Made by a program: the position numbers and the translations under genes
The notes under the pieces: model-generated
What the model saw: only the letters and a program-made list of their open reading frames with translations
Database searches by the model: none
What the model was told of the DNA's origin: nothing
In this document: in pieces, positions 7,745 to 16,427 of the stretch
Position numbering within the stretch: position 1 is the stretch's first letter
Layout of the letters: each line of letters begins with the position of its first letter
Source: Candidatus Nanoarchaeia archaeon
Lineage (GTDB): Archaea; Nanobdellota; Nanobdellia; Woesearchaeales; JANQNC01
Reading direction: 5' to 3'
Length of the DNA stretch: 32,000 nucleotides
NCBI GenBank assembly: GCA_028279745.1
Contig: JANQNC010000001.1
Location: forward strand, 390,001-422,000

Positions 7745-8398
7745 ATGAGAGAACATTTACATAAAATAAAACATCATGTAAAGAAACAGTTAGCACTTAG
7801 AAATGTATTGATCGTAATACTTGCAATTACACTTCCTTTTGTGATATTGCTTGATAACACAAAACAAGCAATGTTCTATGAAGGTTATGATGATATTCTT
7901 GAAGAGACTGCAAGAGTAGAAAACTTTAGCCAGATAAACCAAAACATACTGAGTTTTTTTGTGTTTAGTGATGATTTAGAAGGGTTTACTGCAAGAGAAG
8001 TTTCACACATGGAAGATGTGAGGTGGTTAGTGCAAAATGGGTATAATACTTATAGAATCTTGATACTTGTAGCATTTATTGCATTTTTTGTTTTGATTAC
8101 CAGATACACAATACAAGATGCAGCATATGCACTGTTTATAGCATCAATCGTCTCAATAGTAAAACTTTCTCTATTAGGATTGGTGAACTTTGGAGTCGCG
8201 TTTGATGTGTTTCATAGACTGTTTTTTGAAGAAGGCACATGGCTATTTAACCAGTTTGACTTACTGATAAGAATGTACTCATTTGAATTCTTCCAAACAA
8301 TCTCAAGAAGAATAATAGTTAATACTGGGATACAGGCAGCAGTTCTAGGGTTTTTTGGATTCATGTTAAGACACACAGACTTGAAACGAAGATTTTAA
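7745..8398 (+). CDS. DUF1461 / TIGR01906-family integral membrane protein (Lit-like)
   Basis: 217 aa. An N-terminal TM is followed by an extracytoplasmic region with HMEDVRWLV, then TMs flanking FDVFHRLFFEEGTWLFNQFDLLIRMY. This resembles the DUF1461 signature. Confidence 0.55.
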   Translation: MREHLHKIKHHVKKQLALRNVLIVILAITLPFVILLDNTKQAMFYEGYDDILEETARVENFSQINQNILSFFVFSDDLEGFTAREVSHMEDVRWLVQNGYNTYRILILVAFIAFFVLITRYTIQDAAYALFIASIVSIVKLSLLGLVNFGVAFDVFHRLFFEEGTWLFNQFDLLIRMYSFEFFQTISRRIIVNTGIQAAVLGFFGFMLRHTDLKRRF

Positions 8399-8426
8399 AA
8401 ATAGGGGGTTAGTTAGTTCTATTAAA

Positions 8427-9080
8427 ATGAATACACCATTAATCGCAATCAACCTAAAGACTTACGCTGAAGCGACAGGAGAAAAAGCTGTAGCATTAGC
8501 TAAGTTATGTGAGAGTATAGACAAAGAACATATAGCACTAGCGTGCCAGGCAACAGACATAAATCGTGTGAGTTCTGTTGGCATTGATGTAATGGCAGAA
8601 CATGTAGATAGTGCAAAGCAAGGACAAGGCACAGGACTGGTAACACCTGAAGCAGTAAAAGAAGCAGGTGCTGTTGGAACTTTGTTAAATCATTCTGAAC
8701 ACAGACTAGAAAGAGAAGAGATGGAAAAATGTATCGAAAGAGCAAAAGAAAATAATCTAAGTATCATCCTTTGTGCAGAAGATGATAAAGAAGCAGAAGA
8801 ATTTGCTAACTTAAATGTTGACTTTATTGCAGTAGAACCTCCAGACTTGATTGGAGGAGATGTTTCTGTAACAACAAGACCAGAATTAGTATCTGACTCA
8901 GTTAAGAAAGTCAAAGCAAAAAACCCAGACATGAAAGTATTAGTTGGCGCAGGAGTAAAAACAAAAGACGACATAGTTAAAGCACTAGAGCTAGGTGCTG
9001 AAGGAGTGTTATTAGCATCAGGAGTAGTGAAAGCTGCAGACCAAGAAGAAGTACTGAATGATTTAGTTGATGGATTATAA
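8427..9080 (+). CDS. tpiA: triosephosphate isomerase, archaeal type
   Basis: 217 aa. INLKTY, LLNHSEHR, VEPPDLIGG, VLVGAGV and GVLLASGVVKA match the short archaeal TIM. Confidence 0.9.
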   Translation: MNTPLIAINLKTYAEATGEKAVALAKLCESIDKEHIALACQATDINRVSSVGIDVMAEHVDSAKQGQGTGLVTPEAVKEAGAVGTLLNHSEHRLEREEMEKCIERAKENNLSIILCAEDDKEAEEFANLNVDFIAVEPPDLIGGDVSVTTRPELVSDSVKKVKAKNPDMKVLVGAGVKTKDDIVKALELGAEGVLLASGVVKAADQEEVLNDLVDGL

Positions 9081-9796
9081 TGCAAATCAGCAAAGGAATA
9101 CAAATCAAAGACTTAGCCCTTTTTATTGAGAATTCTAAAACGCTAATTTTAGGAGACATACATCTAGGATATGAAGAAGCCTTGAACAAACAAGGCATAA
9201 TGGTTCCAAGGTTTCAGTTTAAGGACATCATGGAGAAGGTTGAGAAGATCATAAACGAGGTTAAACCTTCAACAATAATCTTGAATGGAGACATAAAACA
9301 CGAGTTCGGACACATTTCTGAACAAGAGTGGAGAGATATTTTACAGTTGATAGATTATCTGAACAAGAACTGTTCAGAATTAGTGTTGGTTAAAGGAAAT
9401 CACGACAAAATAACTAAAGTGATTGCCGCAAAAAGAGATATGGAAACTGTAGATCATTATTCAGTTGATGGAATCTATGTATGTCACGGAGACTTTATCC
9501 CAACAGACTTGGAATTTCATTCTTCTAAGCTTGTTGTTATAGGACATGAACATCCTGCTGTAAGCTTAAAAGAAGGAGAAAGAGTTGAGAAATACAAATG
9601 TTTCCTGAAAGGAAAATATAATGATAAAGAATTGATTGTAATGCCTTCACTAAACCCTTTAACTGAAGGGACAGATATTTTACAGGAAGAGATTTTGAGT
9701 CCTTTTTTGGAACAAGATTTGGGTTCTTTTGAAGTTTTTATCGTTTCAGATGAAGTTTACCAGTTTGGAAAGTTAAAAGAATTAATGGAAAAATAG
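9080..9796 (+). CDS. calcineurin-like metallophosphoesterase (archaeal SbcD/Mre11-related small phosphoesterase)
   Basis: 238 aa with GDIHLG, NGDIKHEF, KGNHD, CHGD and GHEHP, the metallophosphoesterase motif set. It overlaps tpiA by 1 nt (TAATG). Confidence 0.8.
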   Translation: MQISKGIQIKDLALFIENSKTLILGDIHLGYEEALNKQGIMVPRFQFKDIMEKVEKIINEVKPSTIILNGDIKHEFGHISEQEWRDILQLIDYLNKNCSELVLVKGNHDKITKVIAAKRDMETVDHYSVDGIYVCHGDFIPTDLEFHSSKLVVIGHEHPAVSLKEGERVEKYKCFLKGKYNDKELIVMPSLNPLTEGTDILQEEILSPFLEQDLGSFEVFIVSDEVYQFGKLKELMEK

Positions 9797-9815
9797 CTTT
9801 TGTAACCATTCTGGA

Positions 9816-10451
9816 ATGAAAACATTTTTAAATAATTTACCAATTCTTAATAATATGGAGTTGGGGGAAGTAAAAAGCTTAGAACATTCTGTATCAAGCC
9901 TTGAAAAGACAGTAAGCAAATCAAAAATAGCTAAGCTTGAACCCGATAAAGTAGTGGAATACCAAAATTTCTTTACAGCTTATGCAGTAATAAGGGGAGT
10001 AATGGAACGAAGAGTGGATGAGGAAGACCCCACAAACCGATATGGCGCATTGACAAATGAGTTCAAAAGCACAGTAAAACATGTAGACATGCTAGACAGA
10101 GGCATAAGAACGAAAAAGTTCGGACCAAAAACACTTGACACATTCATAAAAGACAAGATAAAAGTAATACTCAACTATAAATCAAGAGAAACTGAAACAA
10201 ATCCAAAAAGATTAAGAAAAATAAAAGACAAAAAGTACACAAGAAACGGATTAAGATATAAAGTAAATACCTATTTACAAGGCATAAGAAAAAAGTCTGA
10301 CTACTTCTCAAAACTTTGTGAGATCGGAAGCTCTGTACGAAAAGAGCTCGAAAGAGTAAAAGAAGAGAACGCGAAACAAGAAAGACTTAGACCAAACTTC
10401 TTTGCGGAGATCGGTGCAGTGTACAAAATATTCTCAAAGGACAAAAGATGA
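9816..10451 (+). CDS. hypothetical basic protein (no recognised domain)
   Basis: 211-aa ORF. The alternative ATG at 9855 (MELGEVKS) lies ~20-25 nt downstream of a TTTTTAAATAAT TATA-like box at ~9825-9836. It overlaps the next gene by an ATGA. Confidence 0.55.
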   Translation: MKTFLNNLPILNNMELGEVKSLEHSVSSLEKTVSKSKIAKLEPDKVVEYQNFFTAYAVIRGVMERRVDEEDPTNRYGALTNEFKSTVKHVDMLDRGIRTKKFGPKTLDTFIKDKIKVILNYKSRETETNPKRLRKIKDKKYTRNGLRYKVNTYLQGIRKKSDYFSKLCEIGSSVRKELERVKEENAKQERLRPNFFAEIGAVYKIFSKDKR

Positions 10452-11917
10452 AAAAGAACAGCGCTAAGAAACGAAGAAATGGATACCGAAGGATGGGTAG
10501 AGAGATCAATCACGGATTCTTAGATAGGAGGTTCTACGATTTGGTTCCAAGAGATTATGACTTATTCCAGAGTGAAGTTAATACCGCAACAACACCAAGA
10601 CATAAAGAAATCTTAGGAGCTAGATCAGTCCACGGACACGCAGTCAATGGAGATAAAGAATTCGCAATAGGACTATATGAAAAACAAGTACACCACAACT
10701 ACATAAACGCAACAATACCTGACGTAGTTGACGCAATTATAAGAGCTAGACCCGAATATGCAAGAAGCGTACAAGCATATAAAGAAGAATGCCAAGCATT
10801 ACTAGATGAGGTAAAAGGATGGATAGATGCAGCGCTAGACTACATTTTACACGATAAAAAATCAGATGTTTACACTTTGGATAGTTTACTTGATTCAAAA
10901 GGAGAACCTTTGATGGGGATATCAAGATTTGAACACGACATAATAAAAGATCCTGTTGCAGTATTACAAGGAATCTATCTTGGAAGTTACATGGACAGCG
11001 AGGAGTGGAGACAATATACTGAAGATCTGTTTAACAGCCACCCATACAACCAAGACCTAAGAATACACCGAGGACTATGTACTGCTGCAAATGTAGAACA
11101 ACTAAAAATTGCGGGACTTAACATTCTTGACTTAGCACACATAGGAGTTAATGGTGAGCATGAAGACCCAAGAGGTCTAGCGGGTGCTTTCTCACTAAAA
11201 GAACTGAAAGAGATGGGTATTGTTTTGGATTACGACAAAGCAGATGCTAAGATAAGAAAAGAAGGCATCCCGAATATGTATCCGTGGACGCCAGTTTATG
11301 TTGAGCTGCAAAAAGGATACGGTTCAAGTGATGATGCAGCACACAACTTCGTAAGCTTAAGGCATGGAAAAGATGCAGGAAACGGATTAGTGCTGGCAGA
11401 TGCAGGAGACACAATAGACAAATGCACAGTAAACATAAAAGAAAAAGGAGAAGATGAATTGTGGGGCGATCACATAAAGAAAAGACTGGGTGGAGATGAG
11501 GGCGTCAAAAAACACTTAGGGATAACTGGACAAGACGTAGCAAACACTATCTTTGCAGCAGCAATAGACAAAAATCACCCTTACGCATGGCCTTCATGCT
11601 CACAAAGAAGATTCCTAGAAAAAGATTCAGAAGGACATTACGCATTAAGAACACACATAAACTATGTAAAACACATAGGTGAAGGAACACAGATGCCAAA
11701 AAGCACACAACTTAGTATATCAAGAGTTGAAAGCTCATTATTCTACAAAGTGTTCAAAGAAAGAATGAGATCTATGATAAAGATGGGCGTTATGAGAGAA
11801 GACCAGTTCCACTACAAAAGAAGTCTTGAATATTTCATAGGAAAAAAGAGAGTTAATGGAAATAAAAGACAAAGTAGAGATCTGGGTGAAGTGAATAAAA
11901 GATCTTCTAGAAGATAA
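10448..11917 (+). CDS. hypothetical 489-aa protein with strongly basic N- and C-terminal tails (no recognised domain)
   Basis: This is a long uninterrupted ORF of non-repetitive composition. It is translationally coupled to 9816..10451. I recognised no catalytic motif with confidence. Confidence 0.7.
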   Translation: MKKNSAKKRRNGYRRMGREINHGFLDRRFYDLVPRDYDLFQSEVNTATTPRHKEILGARSVHGHAVNGDKEFAIGLYEKQVHHNYINATIPDVVDAIIRARPEYARSVQAYKEECQALLDEVKGWIDAALDYILHDKKSDVYTLDSLLDSKGEPLMGISRFEHDIIKDPVAVLQGIYLGSYMDSEEWRQYTEDLFNSHPYNQDLRIHRGLCTAANVEQLKIAGLNILDLAHIGVNGEHEDPRGLAGAFSLKELKEMGIVLDYDKADAKIRKEGIPNMYPWTPVYVELQKGYGSSDDAAHNFVSLRHGKDAGNGLVLADAGDTIDKCTVNIKEKGEDELWGDHIKKRLGGDEGVKKHLGITGQDVANTIFAAAIDKNHPYAWPSCSQRRFLEKDSEGHYALRTHINYVKHIGEGTQMPKSTQLSISRVESSLFYKVFKERMRSMIKMGVMREDQFHYKRSLEYFIGKKRVNGNKRQSRDLGEVNKRSSRR

Positions 11918-11918
11918 T

Positions 11919-12452
11919 CTATTTTAATTTAGACTTAACAGCCTTATCAGAAATAATAGCGGAGTTGCCAGTAGGATCTTCTATCGTAATCTTTAATTTT
12001 TCATTGCCCCACATAACTTTTTGGAGTTTTTTAAGAAGGTTCTTTGCTTTCTTCTTATCAGCATTATCTTCAGCACTTTCTTTTGCATCTTCAATAATCT
12101 CTTTGACTTTAGTCAATATACCTTCAATGTTGGTTATTGCTCCATTAGATGCAGGACCAGGAGTTATTGTAGTGACGTGAGGAATCTTAATAGTTGCATG
12201 ACTGCTTCTTACAACCCTTATCTTCATATCTTCCTCAGAAGAAACTTCTATAACATACTTAGCAGGCTCGTGCGCTTCAGCAGCTTCAACATCCGCCTTA
12301 TGAAACTTACAGCTTGAACAAGTCATAGAAAAAACAAACATCTTTCCAAAGTAAGGAACTTCAGTATCTGACTCTCTTAACGTCAAAGTGTTCTTAGTAC
12401 ACATAGGACAAGGTTGTCCTGAAAGTTCTTCAACCTTTTCTTCTTTAGCCAT
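11919..12452 (-). CDS. ZPR1-type zinc-finger protein (archaeal)
   Basis: 177 aa. CPMCTKNTL...EVPYFGKMFVFSMTCSSCKF gives two CxxC pairs around the ZPR1 motif, followed by the ZPR1 beta-domain. Confidence 0.8.
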   Translation of the reverse strand: MAKEEKVEELSGQPCPMCTKNTLTLRESDTEVPYFGKMFVFSMTCSSCKFHKADVEAAEAHEPAKYVIEVSSEEDMKIRVVRSSHATIKIPHVTTITPGPASNGAITNIEGILTKVKEIIEDAKESAEDNADKKKAKNLLKKLQKVMWGNEKLKITIEDPTGNSAIISDKAVKSKLK

Positions 12453-12558
12453 ATCCTGTTTGGAGATAAAGTTCCTTAAAAAGGTTTCGATTACAAGAAA
12501 AACTTATAAAGAGCAGAATTAAAAGATGGGTTAACCATATCTTATGGAGGAAAACAAA

Positions 12559-13077
12559 ATGACACAAAAATTAAAAATTTTTGGCACCACTAACGTGGTG
12601 AGAAAACTAGTTTTAGGCTTAATGGTATTGTTTACAATTAGTGCAGTATTTGCACAAAATGGATGTCCGCATTTCAGCAGTACTGCAGTGGATTCACATG
12701 ACGGATTTGAAATAAATGGTTCAAATGACTACATAGGAAGTGAAGACTGGTCAATAAGCATCGACCAAGGAGAAGGAGACACTTTATTGTTTACATCAGG
12801 ACCATATCAAGGACAGACCTTTTACATACTAAATGCAGAAATACCTTGCTGGGATGAAATTCACGGGTGTATAAAACTTCAAGGTTTAGACATAACAAGT
12901 TTTCAGGGCCCGTCAGGAGATCCAATTGAGAATGGATGGCAGTTTGAAGTATATGATCCTGAATGCGAGATCATATTTGAACCGGAAGTTATCCCAGAGT
13001 TCAGCGGCGGAGCAATCGCGGGAGTGTTAGCTATCGTAGCAGTCTTAGGACTTATAGCAATAAGAAAAAGAGGATAA
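12559..13077 (+). CDS. secreted protein with a PEF-CTERM sorting signal
   Basis: The ORF runs from 12544, but the ATG at 12559 has a GGAGG 8 nt upstream. It has a signal-peptide-like N-terminus (…LVLGLMVLFTISAVFAQ). The C-terminus is EPEVIPEFSGGAIAGVLAIVAVLGLIAIRKRG (PEF + TM + basic). Confidence 0.7.
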   Translation: MTQKLKIFGTTNVVRKLVLGLMVLFTISAVFAQNGCPHFSSTAVDSHDGFEINGSNDYIGSEDWSISIDQGEGDTLLFTSGPYQGQTFYILNAEIPCWDEIHGCIKLQGLDITSFQGPSGDPIENGWQFEVYDPECEIIFEPEVIPEFSGGAIAGVLAIVAVLGLIAIRKRG

Positions 13078-13080
13078 CTC

Positions 13081-13095
13081 TTTTTTTATTTTTTT
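13081..13095 (+). terminator. T7-A-T7 tract after the PEF-CTERM gene
   Basis: TTTTTTTATTTTTTT starts 4 nt after the stop. An A6 tract at 13121-13126 gives T6 on the minus strand after the convergent sepF. Confidence 0.4.
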
Positions 13096-13134
13096 AATTA
13101 GTTCTTTTAAAATTATTAAGAAAAAATAAAGAAA

Positions 13135-13542
13135 TTACTCAATACTTTCATCAGCCTGAACTGATGGAGTTTGAGTGCTTCTGTGAATTCTTGCAAAGTT
13201 AGGCACAACTACAATATAGTCATCACCGAATCCTGCAATATCTCCTTCGATAGCGTCGCAAGTCTTCTTGATCTTATTGATTGCTCTCTTTAGTTCTATC
13301 AAATCTTTTTCTTTTAATGGCTTGATGTTAACTAGAGCAATCGTGTAGCCTTCTCTTAAGTCATCAAGAACTGTCTTAACATCTGCGAAGTCTTCAAGCA
13401 CAAAAGGTCTTACGATAACTTTAGGTTTTTCGCCTGCTTCTGGGCCAACCTCAACGTATTCTTGTTCTTCTGGTACGTCAACTTGTTCAGAGCCAAATGT
13501 CTTGCTCAGCTTGTTTTTGATATTTAGAAATGTTTCTTTCAT
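13135..13542 (-). CDS. sepF: cell division protein SepF
   Basis: 135 aa. VIVRPFVLEDFADVKTVLDDLREGYTIALVNIKPLKEKDLIELKRAINKIKKTCDAIEGDIAGFGDDYIVVVP matches the SepF/DUF552 core. A GGGAGGA Shine-Dalgarno (13551-13557, minus strand) lies 8 nt upstream. Confidence 0.85.
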   Translation of the reverse strand: MKETFLNIKNKLSKTFGSEQVDVPEEQEYVEVGPEAGEKPKVIVRPFVLEDFADVKTVLDDLREGYTIALVNIKPLKEKDLIELKRAINKIKKTCDAIEGDIAGFGDDYIVVVPNFARIHRSTQTPSVQADESIE

Positions 13543-13569
13543 CTTAACGATCCTCCCTCAGTTTAATAT

Positions 13570-15288
13570 ATGATTTCCCCTCTTTTTCTAAGGTTAACTG
13601 AGAAGAGGATATATTTAAAGTTTTCCATAAAACAAGTGATGAGAATCTTTATAAATCACACATTTAAACCAGTCTACATGGGGGTTTTCAAACTTGAAAG
13701 TCTTGAAAGTGAACAAAGACTTATACTTTTCACAATATTCTATTTTACAATAGTCAAGATAACGCTCCTTTTCAGCACTAAAATACTAACTGTTGCTGCA
13801 ACCTATGTTCAAGACTGCTTTACATTGATGGTTCCATTAGTTATCGCTATGCTATTGTCACGTTGGAAGATAGTTTCAAAGATAGCCTTTTATGCCCTTT
13901 ACCTCATAATATTCATAATCACATTTGTTTATAATAATCTACTAAGCGAACTATTACAGTTTGACGTAAAAGTTAACATATTCAATGTAGGGTGGGAGTC
14001 TGCAAACCACTTCTTCAACATGTTCATATCAAGATCAACAATAGCAATAATCTTCTTTTCGATAGTTGGGTTGGTAAGTGCTTCTGTTTTCATAACAAAG
14101 ATAAAACCTTCACTATTCAACAAGAAAATTTTAGTTGTTCTTGGTGTGCTGTTTATAATCTCTGTAGTGTACCAACCATTGAATCCTTTAGTTCATTCCA
14201 TCATGAAAGGCTCTCCCGAAAACAGTCTTAACGATCTGGAACCAGTAGAGAATATGAGTTTTGACTTTTTAGAAAAAGACATAGATGTGGAGATGAAACT
14301 CGAAACAGAATATGATAGGGTGTTGGTATTTGTTATGGAAACTGTAACACAAGATGACTTTCAGAATGAATCTGGGTTCTTTAAAACACTCAGAACAGAG
14401 TCAGTACAATACACAAACTACCACACTTTAAATCTTGACAGCCTGACAAGCCTAATCTCATTACTTTACTCCAAATTTGTACCTTACAAAGCATATGGAA
14501 CTAAAGCAACATACATGGAAGCAATGAAAAACAAAGAAAGCATAGTTGAAATGTTTGAAAACAACAACTTTACCACCGTATTTGTTGCATCTGAAGAAAG
14601 ACCTTGTGAGATAAGCAGGATGATAAACTGGTCTCACGTGATTAAAGAAGAAAATTATTCAATAACCAGACAAGATGTTATGTGTTTTATAGAAAGAGGC
14701 GGACAAAGAAGCTGTGAAGACATAAGTCTTCTGGATGAAGTTGTTGAAAACGTTGAAAAAAATGATAAAATATTCCTGTTCCAGGAGTTCTTATACGGAC
14801 ACTACCCTGGGAACGTATATGAAAAAGGAATCCCCCACGTAAAATATTACAATGATTACATGGAAGAGTTGTTTAATAGACTGGAAGAAAAAGAACTTTT
14901 GGATGATACTTTGATAATACTTGTAAGCGATCACGGCTCAAGAGAGGAGGGACCTCAGTTCGAGAAATCAAACTATAACCTGCCTTTACTATTCTGGGCA
15001 AAAGATGTTAGTAGTGGAGTTGATACTGGATTTTACTCACAAGTTGATTTTAACAATATTTTGCTTCACCACATGGGTGTGAGCGAGAAGCCTTCACCTT
15101 CAAAAGAGATATTCACTGTAGGGACAAGCACACAAAATGTGGTGTATGGCACGATCACTTCTGATGGCAGTTACGCATTCATCGAGACAGATTCGATGCG
15201 TGTAAAAAGTGAAGGGATAGATACAGACTACTTCTTAAGAAGGTTAAAAACATACCAAGATCATTTTGAAGAGTACAAAATGAGATAA
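13570..15288 (+). CDS. membrane-anchored sulfatase / LtaS-like alkaline-phosphatase-superfamily enzyme
   Basis: Multi-TM N-terminal region plus an extracytoplasmic domain with VFVMETVTQDDF and LIILVSDHGSRE. The start is uncertain. ATGs at 13639 and 13678 follow TATA-like boxes (13608-13620 and TTTATAAAT at 13648-13656). Confidence 0.7.
   Translation: MISPLFLRLTEKRIYLKFSIKQVMRIFINHTFKPVYMGVFKLESLESEQRLILFTIFYFTIVKITLLFSTKILTVAATYVQDCFTLMVPLVIAMLLSRWKIVSKIAFYALYLIIFIITFVYNNLLSELLQFDVKVNIFNVGWESANHFFNMFISRSTIAIIFFSIVGLVSASVFITKIKPSLFNKKILVVLGVLFIISVVYQPLNPLVHSIMKGSPENSLNDLEPVENMSFDFLEKDIDVEMKLETEYDRVLVFVMETVTQDDFQNESGFFKTLRTESVQYTNYHTLNLDSLTSLISLLYSKFVPYKAYGTKATYMEAMKNKESIVEMFENNNFTTVFVASEERPCEISRMINWSHVIKEENYSITRQDVMCFIERGGQRSCEDISLLDEVVENVEKNDKIFLFQEFLYGHYPGNVYEKGIPHVKYYNDYMEELFNRLEEKELLDDTLIILVSDHGSREEGPQFEKSNYNLPLLFWAKDVSSGVDTGFYSQVDFNNILLHHMGVSEKPSPSKEIFTVGTSTQNVVYGTITSDGSYAFIETDSMRVKSEGIDTDYFLRRLKTYQDHFEEYKMR
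13648..13656 (+). promoter_or_regulatory. TTTATAAAT box, possible promoter for a shorter sulfatase-like CDS
   Basis: It lies 22 nt upstream of the in-frame ATG at 13678 (MGVFKLES...). Confidence 0.3.
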
Positions 15289-15339
15289 CTATTTAAATGC
15301 TAAATCTCAGTTTAATCTTTAATAAGGAGGTTTATCAAA

Positions 15340-15651
15340 ATGAAACGATTAAAAGCTTTAATTTACGAGCTGATGGATGCAAACAAAGAAAGACAAAAAG
15401 ACGACAGTCCTGAAGCAAGAGAGAAAGTAAGAAAGATTTCTGAAGAAATAGAGATACACTCAAGAGAGTTAGTAAGAGAATTAAGCAATGAAGCGATAGC
15501 CAAACTAACTGAGATTGCTACAGCATCAAGAGAGCTAAGAACAAGACATAAGGATTTAAAAGGAAAAGATGTTACATACATCATACAAGCGATACAAGCA
15601 GACGAGATCTTCTTTAGAAAAGAAGTGGATCACATAAAAAAGGCTGCTTGA
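15340..15651 (+). CDS. hypothetical alpha-helical/coiled-coil protein
   Basis: 103 aa. AAGGAGG lies 10 nt upstream and a TATTTAAAT box sits at ~15290-15299. No motif recognised. Confidence 0.6.
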   Translation: MKRLKALIYELMDANKERQKDDSPEAREKVRKISEEIEIHSRELVRELSNEAIAKLTEIATASRELRTRHKDLKGKDVTYIIQAIQADEIFFRKEVDHIKKAA

Positions 15652-15657
15652 TTTTTT

Positions 15658-15864
15658 TTATTTTTTCATAACATAATCTACACATAGTGCTAACAATGCA
15701 GCGCTTCCCACCACTGCTGCAGCATATCCTATTTGTCTAGCATAGTAACGCCACCTAGGTATGTATTCTGTTGGTTCAGTAAGGCCAAAGTCAATGTCTT
15801 CCATATAGTTCAGTTCAATCTCTTCAGTCAGCCAGTCTTTAACTAACTTTTCTAGCTTTTTCAT
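15658..15864 (-). CDS. 68-aa tail-anchored membrane mini-protein
   Basis: An acidic N-terminal half is followed by a single C-terminal TM (IGYAAAVVGSAALLALCV). It overlaps the upstream kinase gene by an ATGA. Confidence 0.5.
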   Translation of the reverse strand: MKKLEKLVKDWLTEEIELNYMEDIDFGLTEPTEYIPRWRYYARQIGYAAAVVGSAALLALCVDYVMKK

Positions 15865-16427
15865 TTTACACCCTCAATATACCACACTTTATCATAATCC
15901 CTAAACATTTCAAAACTTCTGCAAACACACTCCAGGTATTCCATGTCTTTCTCATTGTATTTTATCCAGCTTGTTTCTTTCCATCTTTTTTCTAAATGTT
16001 TCTTGCATGTTTCAAAACCAGGATTAAGAACTATACAATAAGGAGTTAGAACTTCTTCTAGATTAAGAATCTTCAGTTTCTCTTCAATCTCCTTATCTTG
16101 TTCTTCAGTTAGCCAACCTAATTCTATCCCTGCAGCCCTATATGCTATCGCATCATAAACACTTCTATCACCTATTATCAGTTTATCTTTTTGTTTTTTG
16201 GCAGCAACCAAATACTCATAACTCTCAAATGCTCTCTGAGCATATTTCAGTGCTTGCCTATGGAACGTGTTTGTCTCTAAGACGTCTTCATCACCACCCC
16301 AATAAAATTGAGGGGTTCTAGTTTTTAATTTGGGAGAGATTGCATTAGGAATTGAGTCAACTAACTTTTTTATTAAGGTGGATTTTCCTGAACCGTGAGG
16401 TCCTGACACAAAAATTAAGTTATTCAT
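15861..16427 (-). CDS. P-loop nucleoside/deoxynucleoside-kinase-like protein
   Basis: 188 aa with a Walker A (FVSGPHGSGKSTLIKKL) and GDRSVYDAIAY (DRS motif of the dNK/dCK family). It overlaps the upstream CYTH-like gene by an ATGA. Confidence 0.65.
   Translation of the reverse strand: MNNLIFVSGPHGSGKSTLIKKLVDSIPNAISPKLKTRTPQFYWGGDEDVLETNTFHRQALKYAQRAFESYEYLVAAKKQKDKLIIGDRSVYDAIAYRAAGIELGWLTEEQDKEIEEKLKILNLEEVLTPYCIVLNPGFETCKKHLEKRWKETSWIKYNEKDMEYLECVCRSFEMFRDYDKVWYIEGVK

Noticed and set aside
10448-11917. Possible ADP-ribosyltransferase-like R / S-x-S / E-x-E pattern (IHRG ... AFSLK ... YVELQ) in the 489-aa orphan protein
   Set aside because: The spacing is only roughly compatible. The STS and ExE equivalents are degenerate, with a single Glu. 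I cannot support this without a profile or structure search.
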